A stretch of DNA of 64,000 bases from Massalongia carnosa (Eukaryota), in assembly GCA_965645245.1 (NCBI GenBank), contig OZ287067.1:744001-808000 (forward strand), written 5' to 3'. Shown in pieces: positions 49,538-60,115 of the stretch (its first letter is position 1; every line of letters begins with the position of its first letter). Both the position numbers and the translations under genes were made by a program. The notes beneath the pieces are model-generated. The model saw only the letters and a program-made list of their open reading frames with translations. It searched no databases and was not told the origin of the DNA.

Positions 49538-52336
49538 AGCGGGGTGCGTTCAGGGGTGGAACCCTTTTCCACTTCTGGCATTTGGACGGTTTAAAAAAGA
49601 GGTTAGCATAGCTACAGAAGGATGCGAATTCATGATGAGGGGATGAGTTGACGAGGTTTTTCTAGATGTGGGCATGCTTGCATGATATGAGATGGGATGA
49701 TGGATGGCCAGGGGGTTTGATTGCTTCTTTAGATAGGCAGCTCTTAGATTTCGAGAGAATGTGAGGCTTTACGTATACAACATCACCTGCATGTACGTAA
49801 CGGTACTGGACTTAAACGTGTTGGGTAGAGGATTATTCAGGTAGGTAGTTCTTTCTTTTTCTGGAAAGCGGGGGTTATTATTGCAAAGGGAACATGTTTG
49901 CTTGGGATTTCTTGCCCCATAAATATCTCAAAAATCGTCTTTTCTCTTTTCTCTTTTCTCTTTTCTCTTTTGCCTTTTCTTCTCATACCTTCTCTTTCGT
50001 GTTTTCTTTCTTCGTTCGCCTTCCATTTCCCCCCACCTAGTTTTTATCTGTTTCTCAACAGCAAACCGAACCCCAATCCGTCCTCTCTGACTTTCCGTTT
50101 CCCCGCCACCATTGATCTCCTCGTGGCCCTGCCTTTCATATCGTTTCGGTTTGTTTCTTTCGTTTCTCGTTTTTGTTATAGTCTTACTTACCTCCTTCCT
50201 TGCCTTTTCTCATCAATTCTTCCTTTCCCCCCTTTCATTCACTCCATTTGCTCTTTTGATCAACCTTATCTATTTTTTTTACGATTTTGGTGCGGAGTTT
50301 CCGATTAATGGGGCAGGTGAATTTTAAATTGGGGGATGGGAGGAAGGATGTATGAAAAGTCGAGACATGGAAAGGGGATGAGAGGTTTTTAAGTAGAAGT
50401 AGCAGAGTAGGGTAGGTAAGAGAGATGAGATACTTTGAGGAATGTTATTGCGAAAAGAAAGAACCATTAATTGCGTGTGTGTGTTTTTGGAAAGGGCGAA
50501 AATGGAAAATGGAAGAGAGGTTGGGAAAGGGGTTAACGGAAGGATAAATGGAGAGTTGTTGAACGAATGGCGAGGGGAGGAGGGTTTTAGGTTTTAGGTT
50601 TGAGTTCTAGTCTGAGTCTGGATTAGCCTAGTTACCGTTAGGACCTATTTTGTTTTAAGTTGTTCCCGATTGGCGAAGTTTTGGGTGACTTGCTAAGGTT
50701 ATAAAAGGGTGGGAATCTTTCAAGTCTAGACTTTCCGATGGAGGAAATATATGGAGAAGGAGATATGGTAAGGGTTGAATAGGTCTATGACTACGGCTAC
50801 GTAACTATGATACAAAAAGGTGTGTATGGTCGAGATGTTAAGGATGAAGAGATGCTGTGCAGCAATCTTTGTCTTATATGTAAACTGATCGCCCGTGGTA
50901 GCTTGTCCATATCGGGACTAGCCTAAGCGTGCACTATGGAGTAGACCTACATGCTTATGATTGGTCAGTGTACTGATAGGAGTTGGATATTCAACAGTAA
51001 GGGTGGTTGTAGGTATCGTGCTGAGGGAGACGGAGAAGGTGCGGTGGAGGAAAGTGGATAGGTCATATAGAGGGAAAGGTGAGGGGGGCGGAACAATGAT
51101 GTCGATTTGGGGAAGAAAGAAGGGAAAATGAGGTTTTGAGAGGGATGGAGGAAAATCAAGTATTCGGAAGGAATGCGGGAAAACTCTGCAGCAGAGAGTA
51201 CGAGAAAGACGAATGAGAAGGATGTATGTATGACCTAGTGGAGTTGAAGGGCTATTGGAGGAGGAAGGTAGGGAAGAAAACAATGCAAGAATTCAGTTTT
51301 TATTTTGGAAAAGAGTGTATGAATGATCGCTATACGCTAATCCCATTGATCAAGAAAGAGGCTTGTTGTTGAAAACCAACAGAGTACATGTATAGCAATT
51401 GTAGCCTAGATGGTGGGTATAAAGATGAATGGCTGATCTGGAAGCGAGGAAATAAAGTTTAAAGATCACGCCACCACGCGTACGGCGCGGGTGGCAGAAT
51501 TCTCCAACATCTCGCACCCAAAATTAGCCGAGCATCCTAACTTTTGACTAAAATATCGTATTCGTGGGCCAAAATTGGAAACGAGTAACGGGACTTGGAA
51601 GGAGATCAGCCTCGACGTCATTGCTACTGCGACTACTCTAGGTCTAACTATCATAGTTATTCTCAGTGTGGAGTAATTAGCGCGTCGGGTGACTGAATTA
51701 AACAACTCGCAGCTCTTGTTCCTTCGTTGATTATCTCAGCCTCAGATCATATCGATCTCCTATTCATCATCAGCCAGTTTCCCCTTACCAACACCCTACC
51801 TTTGTCTCAGCAAGCGCATTATCCCCGCATTATGTTTCACGTAATGGTTCCGTGTAAATGTACAGAGATGTTCGAGATGAGATTCTGTAGCCCCCATCGC
51901 CCCCAAAATTTTCTTCATTCCCGCCATTCAACCAGGAAACCTGAAACGCCAAGCACTGCATAGCTCGGATGATTTTCATGCTTCTTGGCCTCTAAGAGCG
52001 AGGATGACGGGTTGCCAAACAAAGTCCCACGCAGGCTGGCCGTGTAGCTGGGTCTGTGTAGTTTACGGGTAAAATATAGCGAGTTAAAGACACAGATACA
52101 AGAGTGCCTTTGCAGATCATGATGAAAGATCCGGAGAAAGCCCCCAAATCTATTCCTATCGGTGACATGTTAGTGACTTGTCAATGGCATACGGTTATCA
52201 CCTACCATGGAACGGTCATGGAATGAAAACCGCAAGGGCTATATAAGGTCAAGAGTTCTCCGCACACTTCCTCAATCCTCCAAGCTCTGTGAGTGTCAGC
52301 GACTACAAAACAACTTATATCGCCAAAACCATTGAA

Positions 52337-53348
52337 ATGACCAACCTACTCCTCTCCCTTTACATTGCCTTCTTCTGTACTCTTACACGAGCACTACCGT
52401 CTTCAGTCGAATCAGCCCTTGAAGGTCGCAACGCCATAATTCCGGATGACGGTGGGTCGATCGTTCCGGTCTGCTGGGCACAGCTTCAATGCAGTTTTCA
52501 TCAGATCGAAAACATGAGCTTGTCCGCACGTCTTTCTTATGTACGATACATGGAGAACCGCTTTGTCCCTTTGCACGCAGACAATCAATTCCGTGCCATT
52601 GAGGGTGTCATTGAATTCTTCATCTCTGAAGGCATGGGTGGCCCGGGAACATGGATTTCATATGTGGACGCTGGGATAGTTGAAGCAATCCAGCGCGGTG
52701 GCGCGATCGCCTTGGGGATTGGAACCTCCACGGGTGGAAACCCCGGATCGGAGCTGTGGGCGGATTTCTTGACGAAGATGAAGAACAAGGAGTTTAAAGA
52801 TCGAAATGTAAGCTTAGGACGAGGCCTAACTTCCTAATATCTTGTTGATAACCTTCTCATCGCCTTGTTTGTCTAGGATCATGACCATGCATGGTCAGTA
52901 TCCGAGCAAACAGCCACGGAGTACGGCAAGCACACGGCCGAATCGACCAGCACGGTCGGTAAGGCAGCCAAGCAGCAACTTCGCTGGTACCAATTTACAC
53001 AACTTTTCCGGGCTATCATGCGCAATCGAGAAAAAGTCATTGTGACCATCCGGGTGTGAGTCAACCCTCTTTGGCCCGATATTTTCGGGTGGATTATCTC
53101 TAACCTCCACTAGTACCTTCATCCTGACCAACCCGGGCCTGTCTCTCGCGGCGGAAGCATTCATCGATTGGCTGACGGACATTACGAACGAAACGCCAAC
53201 TCGAGTCGGAAGCGAGTTTGCTTGGAGTCTCGCAGAGCTCGATCTACCGATTGGAATTGATAGTGGATCTGCTCTCCTTAACGATATCAAGGTTCTCGAA
53301 GCGTTGCTGCCGAAACTATACGAGGCGTATAAGGATAGCCACAATTAG
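52337..53348 (+). CDS. Secreted hypothetical protein, 3 exons
   Basis: TATA box (TATATAA ~52240), signal peptide MTNLLLSLYIAFFCTLTRA, and pro-peptide ending LEGR. Introns ~52808-52876 and ~53056-53113 join an intact frame to TAG at 53348. Confidence 0.82.
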
Positions 53349-53761
53349 GAGTGATACGAAACTCACATAGCGGTGGCAAGAGGATTTGGGTGCTTGGCGC
53401 AGATTCTGTAACTCCTTATCAGGTATGTCATTAGTTAGTTCTATAACGCAGAGACGATCCACAGTGGTACGGTTGACAATGAGATGTGAACCTTGTCATA
53501 TATTTTCCCTCTATTAAATCTTGCTTTAGTGTCTCAAATAAGATATCACCATGATTTTCGCCGTTGATAGATTCCTGTATTAATGTAGACATACAACTGT
53601 AATTGTAATTCCTCCCCTTAGAATAGAAAACTAAGTTCCTAGGTATCTAGGAAGGATAAGCTCCTTGAACAAACCCCTTTAAAAAGGTATATTGAAGCTA
53701 GCCTCTTCCGGAGTCCTCCGTACATTTGGTTGAACGGCCAGCTAAAGAAAGCTGCGTGCTT

Positions 53762-54377
53762 TTGCCTCAGTACCTCAGACGTGCGTGGGCTCTAGGAGCC
53801 GTCTAAGCCCCTCCGGGTTAGCCTATTTCGCTAAGCTCCTTCGGATTAGCGTTCCAGCTGACTAACGTGGCTGCGATAGCACGTCTGAGCGCAAAACTCA
53901 ATATTACGGTCAGATATTCGTAATAAATCGTGTATTATTGCGATTTTTCGACATTTTGACGTCTTACTTTTTTGTTTGACACAGGCTATTTCTTCGAAAG
54001 AATTCAAGTAGAATTTGTATAGAAAGTTTCCTGAAATTCCTGTTCGTTGTAAAGTTCATGTGGGGCAATCTTATTGCACTTCGCATACTCGTAGAAATCG
54101 AGAATCGACTTAACGAAATAACAAGATGTATGTAAAATTGCTCTGCACGTTATAAACATAAATAAAGATTGAAATTTATAACGAAAAAATCAAAAATACA
54201 TTGATCATGATCATATCAAGCGACGACGACGTTACAAACATGCGTTGTTCTATGAGGTCGAAATCGTTCTTGTCATGATCGTAATCTTGAGTTTTGGGCT
54301 CAGACTTGCTACAGATGTGCTGCGTAGCCTGTTAACCCGAAGGGACTTAACCGGGCACGTCTGAGGTACTGAGGCGA
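53762..54377. mobile_element. Non-autonomous TIR element (MITE-like) with 8-bp TSD, copy 1
   Basis: Perfect 21-bp inverted repeat GCCTCAGTACCTCAGACGTGC (53764-53784 / 54355-54375). Flanking direct repeat GCGTGCTT at 53754-53761 and 54378-54385. No ORF. Confidence 0.85.
53879..54309. mobile_element. Nested AT-rich inverted-repeat segment inside copy 1
   Basis: Ends match as inverted repeats at 30/34 (GCACGTCTGAGCGCAAAACTCAATATTACGGTCA). TA on both sides (53877-53878, 54310-54311). Absent from copy 2. Confidence 0.7.
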
Positions 54378-55433
54378 GCGTGCTTAAAATTCTCCAGCAA
54401 GGCTGATTAATCAATTATACGCTAGTCTCCTTTTAGCGTCGTTGAACTGCCGTCAGGGAGTATGAAGTAAAGAGAAGTAGTTGTGAGAGAATTTGTGTCC
54501 AATTGTGTCAATGTCCAAGTACCTTTCCAACCTTGGTTGAAAAGAGTTTTTTGCGATGATAATGCGTAGATTTTCTGGGGCAAGTATTTTTAGACATAGG
54601 CAGACCTTTTTTACTTAAAGCTATACTCATGTAAGCAATAGAGGGAACTGCGCGGGGCTGAGATGAAATGATTGATGAAGCAAAAACTAAGGCTTATCTT
54701 ATCATGTTAGTTTTGAAGTGTCTAACCTGAGGAGATGGATGCGAAGACCTTGAAAGTTGAGGAATTTGGCACGAAGCCAATATCTTGAAGTCTCATGCTT
54801 TTTTGGATGGCCATAATGGCTCGTCGAAGCCTTTAACCTTCCATTCTAGCCGTTGGCCCCTCTACACTGGCCCTTGTGAAAACCCAAAATCTAAGCTCCC
54901 GCCAATCCCACAGAAAGCCCATCAGATTTCTCTTCTCAAAGGAGGCTTGTCTAAAGGGTGCAAACGAGCTTGAAACGCGCGATGGCAGTTTCTGTCTCTA
55001 GGGCCGGATGTTTAGATACGCAGGCGCCGTGACGTATGGAAGGGGCGCTGCGCCGTCCTGATTTGACCCTGATTTGGGGGAGGAGAGAATAAATGCGGGC
55101 TAAAGGGAGGGAAAAAGGGCCGGATAGAGCGGAAGGCGATGATGATAGGAGAAAAGGGGCAAGAGGAAGGTACCTATTTGGAATGGAGCTAGTTGAACAA
55201 GGAGAGAAGCTGAAAAATGAGTTGGGGCAAGGCTTTAGGAATGTGGTTCGAGTAATCTTGGGATTTCGTGAATAGGAGGACAAAGAAAGCCTTTAAAGAA
55301 AAGAAAAAAAGGCCTACCTATGATACATGGGAGGATTTTGCCAGGGTTGCTCTTTTCCCATTTCTTGGAGGAGATAGGATTACCGGAAAGCGGATGGAAG
55401 CGCTTGGTCTCCCGCCGCTGGCGTAACAGGAGC

Positions 55434-56612
55434 CTATCTGCCCGATCCCAGAATCTCATCTTCTAGCTTCCGGCTCTTAGCCGCTCGTTCCACTTCCTTA
55501 TTTCGTTCATCGCCCTCGTCATTGTCGTCGCTTTGACCAAACCCTCTCTTCCCAAGCAGCTGTTCCTCGAACATCCTCGTTTCGCGCTCCCGCGCTGATT
55601 CTTCGCACCCACTTGATCGGCCTGCATGATGATGGCTGCGTCTTGGCTTAAGCTCTGATGATGTGCCCTTGGCTCGCGAGGATGATGGCGGTCTAGGCGC
55701 AGGCGCAAACACGGCATTGAGGCCTGCATTGAGCAGCTGACGCTTGTCAATCACCTGGCCATCTTCATTGATGATGGCACCCTTTTCTCTTGCTAGGTCT
55801 GCCTCACTCTTCTCCTTCTTCACCTCCGTCTGTTCGCCCCCCCCAATGACAACAGGCGCCCTTGATTTCGCCTCTTTAGCCGCTTTCAAAGCAGCCATAT
55901 GCTTCTGGTCGTCCCTCTCCAGCATATTCTTATACAAACTCTTCAACCCGCCCCCTTCCCGCCTCTTCCGCTCCTCAGCCTCCTGCTCCCGGGCCGCCTC
56001 CTCAGCTTCCAACCGGCGCATCTCTTCCTGCTGCCGCTTGTACGCTCCCGTGACGAACTTCTCCTTATCCGCAAACTCGTCACCCTCTGCTTCGCGGTCC
56101 TTGGCTAACATCTTTTCCTTGGCTCGCAGCTGGTCGCGTTTCCGCGTCTCGGCTGCCGCGAGTAGGTCGCCCATATATTTTGGGCGCTTTTCAGTATCCG
56201 CCGCTGCCGCCGCGCCCGCGGCGCCCGCGAAGGATGATGATGATGCGGGTGGCTTGGCGTGCAGGGAGTCATAAACAGAGTCATAGTCGTATATGCTGGG
56301 ATCAACGATCTGGGCAGTTTTAGCGTGGAGGGAGCTGCTATGGTGTGTAGATAGGTCGCCATATTGCGAAAATTTTTGCAGCGGTTTGGTGGGTTTGCCA
56401 GGCGGTTTTCTAGCCTTTGGGTGGGTGGATTGGGGAAACGACGAGGCGATGCCGCCGATGGTGGAGATTGATTCGGCGGTGGCATCGTCATTGGAGCTAT
56501 CGTCAGGGCCGGATTCGTCATCGAGGATTATCTTTCGCTTTGCTGGCAGAGGACGTGTGGCTAGCGAAGGCGGCTTTTTAGTAATGTTGAGGCCATAAGA
56601 AAGTTTAGACAT
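55434..56612 (-). CDS. NSRP1/CCDC55-like coiled-coil splicing-associated protein (DUF2040)
   Basis: DPSIYDYDSVYDSL and PKYMGDLLAAAETRKRDQLRAKEKMLAKDREAEGDEFADKEKFVTGAYK; start MSKLSYGLN. Confidence 0.85.
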   Translation of the reverse strand: MSKLSYGLNITKKPPSLATRPLPAKRKIILDDESGPDDSSNDDATAESISTIGGIASSFPQSTHPKARKPPGKPTKPLQKFSQYGDLSTHHSSSLHAKTAQIVDPSIYDYDSVYDSLHAKPPASSSSFAGAAGAAAAADTEKRPKYMGDLLAAAETRKRDQLRAKEKMLAKDREAEGDEFADKEKFVTGAYKRQQEEMRRLEAEEAAREQEAEERKRREGGGLKSLYKNMLERDDQKHMAALKAAKEAKSRAPVVIGGGEQTEVKKEKSEADLAREKGAIINEDGQVIDKRQLLNAGLNAVFAPAPRPPSSSRAKGTSSELKPRRSHHHAGRSSGCEESARERETRMFEEQLLGKRGFGQSDDNDEGDERNKEVERAAKSRKLEDEILGSGR

Positions 56613-58919
56613 TGGATTTGTTGAGGAGGTGTTGAGCGAAGATGGGGTAACGAAAGACAGCAGGTGTCGAAACTGAGGCGGAAAAGTGAAGTGTATGTTC
56701 AACAGAGAACCTTAAATAGTTTAGATGGGTTAGACAGGTTGACTAAATCACTTATCTTATAGAGTACCCTGTAACTCTACTCAAGTCTGAATGAGGCAGA
56801 TGATGTTGCACCTACAAAGGAAAATTAAGACTTTGTTATTCAATTCCAGCAGCATAAATTGTAGACTTGACAAGCTGATTCACAAAGTATGTTAATAATC
56901 TAGACGTTCCACTTATACATCGCCCTCTTCCTACACTGAATACTTTGCTGTGATTCCTCCTCCTTCCGCTCAAAAAGCTTTTCTATTTCTCAATCAAAAG
57001 TATTATGGCCTTGCTTCATAAGTTTCTTTCAACTTTTCTTGAATCTTAAAGGTGTTCCTCCATCCTCTTGCTCGTCCGCCCTTCTCCTATGCGTATATCT
57101 CATTTATAAAGGCAATCCTCCTACTTCAGCTATCCCTCCAACTTATGAAAACATTGCATTAGAAGAAAAATTCCCAGGCTGATGCAAGTGTGCTAGTGGC
57201 ATAGTTGGCCAATGCGCTTGGAAAACGAATAGTAACATTGACTCATTCATAGCAGAGAATCGCCCAAATACGTACACGTACGAGACTAATTGTCTCTCAG
57301 CCAGCGCTACATTTTCTATTGACGCCCTAATAGCTCTAAACCACTCCCCACGCGTATGTAAAGGTCAAGGATTCGCTCGGAAAGGCCTTCTGCTTGTATA
57401 TGGCGATTTCCATCCCCATGGGAAGAGGGCTGCAATGCTCTTTTTAGCTAAATGATGGATACTGGAAATGATCAGGGGGGCCTTCTTTTATTGGAGTTCT
57501 TGTAGGTCATATGCTGATAGTGATGTTAGTGCTGAGGGAAATAGAAGTAATAGTTCGGAAGAAAGAGAGCGTGTAGAGTTTTGGACAACTAAGGGGTATT
57601 TTAAAGTCAAAGATAAGAGGTGACGATAACTCTGATAAAGTAAACTGCTCAAAGATAATAATGCGCACCACATATACACGTTGGATTAGCCCCAGCGCAA
57701 AAGGGGGCTTGGAGAAAAACTTGGAGGGAAAAATAGAAATAGCGGGAATTAGGACTCATCTCTCTCCGTTGAAACACCCTCGACAGCAGTACTGATGCTC
57801 CTACCGCCACTACGCGGCGCACCTAGTCCCTCCAAGCAAGCGCCCTTGAGCAATTTCAGTACCCGCTTCATGACTGCCCATGCCACTTTTGTGGGGCCTT
57901 AGAAACCAATCGCAACAGCGCAATTTCTAGAGGTGGATGTGCGGCCCGCCCGCGGGGTCCAGATCCCGGGTACCCATTCTGTCCTCGAGTTCCCAGGCAG
58001 CATTTGCGCAACTTGGGGCGCGAGGATGGCCCATGGTGGCCTCGCAGAGGCTGTCGATATTGTCCATGATACCATGATCGGGTACTGATCGACTGTTGAA
58101 CGCTTTGGCCTAGTTTGCAGTAGGGTTTATTTTCATTCGGTCGTAAACGTTGTGAAGGCGCCTAAGGATGCTAATATAATCTTTTGTATAATAGTTTCAC
58201 ATGAAAGTCCAGTTGCTTAGTCCTCTAGAAAGGTAATTGAGCACGATTTGGTCGTTGTCACTGGTCGTTGTCACTGGCCTTTGTTCTTGAGTTAGGGCTT
58301 TTGACCGCGATTGTAAGAAATGGCTATGGTTGCGTCTGAGTTGTCGAATCCGCAACTTTTAATCGCACCAGCTTAGTATTTTAAACGTACACTTCACGAA
58401 CTCAGGTGGACTGGGGAAAATACTGGTGGAAACAGATGATAGAGCCATCCTTTCCTCTGACAATTTCTGACAAAGATCAAGAGTTTTTTAGGGGGGTTTT
58501 TGGTAGAGATATGGGCAGTCCCACTTCATTGCCTGTAAGTGCCCGCAGATACATTTCTTACGAGACCAACGTTCTTGAGACTTTTAAAAAAATTAATGCT
58601 CACCAAGAAAAATGAAATCAACTTCAACGTGCACATAACTGAAACATTTATCTGTTTCGCCGCCCTAGACATAAGATGAACTTAAAACCTCGCATCTTTT
58701 CGCCAACTTCTTGCTAGCTCTCTACTTCGCCATTCGTTATCATGGAACCCCGACTCCGTCTGAGATGTCATGCTCCTAGATTTCTATTCAGGACTGTAGG
58801 GCATTTCCGGTGACTGGGAAAGAAAAATGCTTCGATTGGAAGTAAAAATAGGGTTTGTATCTATTGATTGAATGATGCTTTGGAAGTTGAAACTGATCTT
58901 TCAAAAAGTATGATGCAGT

Positions 58920-59076
58920 TTGCCTCAGTACCTCAGACGTGCTCGGCTAAGCCCCTTCGGGTTAGCCTTACAAAACGTTATGCCCCTTCGGGTTAACAGG
59001 CTGACTACGCAGTGCTATCGCAGCCGCGTTAGTCAGCTGGGACGCTAATCCGAAGGGCTCTGAGGTACTGAGGCAC
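58920..59076. mobile_element. Short second copy of the GCCTCAGTACCTCAGA TIR element
   Basis: 17-bp perfect inverted repeat TGCCTCAGTACCTCAGA (58921-58937 / 59059-59075). Internal blocks match copy 1 in reverse orientation. No TSD visible. Confidence 0.8.
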
Positions 59077-59191
59077 AAATAGTGGATCATACAGCATTAA
59101 AGTCACGTGCAAGTCGGAACCTACGAGTATCGCTTTGTTCATTCAACACACCACACTGTTGCATCTCAATGTGAGATATGACCTTCTAACT

Positions 59192-60115
59192 ATGGCATCC
59201 TCACAAATGAACCCTCGATCTGCATCTCCCCATCTCACCACGTCATCCTCCCCTGCCCCTGGCAAACCGTCTAGATTCCGCTTCAAATCCAAACGTCCGG
59301 GCCTTTCCTCATCATCAGAAGGCTTTCCCCAAAGCTGCCACCGTTCCTCTCGTTCTCGCCGCCACCACCACCATCGTTCCAAGCGACGGGGCTCTACTCC
59401 TCCGCAACCGCCGCTCTCCCCCACCGCCGCCTTCCGCGAGTCCCTTTTCGACGCGCTTGCTGATGATGAAGGTGCAGCCTTTTGGGAAGGGGTGTATGGC
59501 CAGCCGATTCACACATACAGCGCCTATGCGCCTCGTGCCGGCGGTATAAACGATGGAGTAGACGGGAATCTTGAAAGGATGGACGAGGAGGAGTACGTGG
59601 CTCATGTGAGGAGCAAGATGTGGGAGAAGAGCCATGGGTACATACTTGAGGAGCGGAGGCGGAAAGAGGAGAGCATGAAGGCAAAGAAGAAGAAGCAGGA
59701 GGAGTTGAGAATATGGGACGAGGGAGTGGAAGATGCGCTAAGGAGGGGCGAGGAGAAAAGACGGAAAGGGAAATGGGTGGCTTGTTGGCAGGGATATCTG
59801 AAGGGCTGGGAAAAGGTGGCAGAAATAAGAACGGAGAAGCTGGCTAGGGATCAATTGGTGTGGCCGGTGGAGTCGGGTAGGCAGGAGGATGTGAGCTACG
59901 AGGAAGTCAAACGGTTCTTCAAGAATGCGCCCCTGAGTGCAACCGCCGGACAACCGGTAGACCTTGGGGTCGTGCTCAAAGCCGAGCGAGTGAAATGGCA
60001 TCCGGACAAGGTGCAGCAGCGCTTTGGAAGTCGAAGGGTAGATGACAATGTTATGAAAGCGGTCACGGCGGTATTTCAGGCCATTGATCGGATATGGTCG
60101 GAGACACGCTCTTAG
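59192..60115 (+). CDS. Conserved fungal protein with C-terminal WHPDK helical domain (NFKBIL1 C-terminus-like)
   Basis: R/H-rich N-terminus, FRESLFDALADDEGAAFWEGVYGQPIH, MDEEEYVAHVRSKMW and LKAERVKWHPDK. Single exon. Confidence 0.8.
   Translation: MASSQMNPRSASPHLTTSSSPAPGKPSRFRFKSKRPGLSSSSEGFPQSCHRSSRSRRHHHHRSKRRGSTPPQPPLSPTAAFRESLFDALADDEGAAFWEGVYGQPIHTYSAYAPRAGGINDGVDGNLERMDEEEYVAHVRSKMWEKSHGYILEERRRKEESMKAKKKKQEELRIWDEGVEDALRRGEEKRRKGKWVACWQGYLKGWEKVAEIRTEKLARDQLVWPVESGRQEDVSYEEVKRFFKNAPLSATAGQPVDLGVVLKAERVKWHPDKVQQRFGSRRVDDNVMKAVTAVFQAIDRIWSETRS

Noticed and set aside
49898..50327. Phe/Leu/Ser-rich ORFs resembling membrane proteins
   Set aside because: Translation of T/C low-complexity sequence with non-ATG starts.
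58250..58277. 13-bp tandem duplication GGTCGTTGTCACT x2
   Set aside because: An isolated slippage-type duplication with no further structure.
53762..59076. Palindromic repeats considered as a CRISPR-like array, or as the ends of one 5.3-kb transposon carrying the NSRP1-like gene
   Set aside because: There is no regular repeat-spacer periodicity and no cas gene. Copy 1 has its own TSD, and no shared TSD flanks the whole span.
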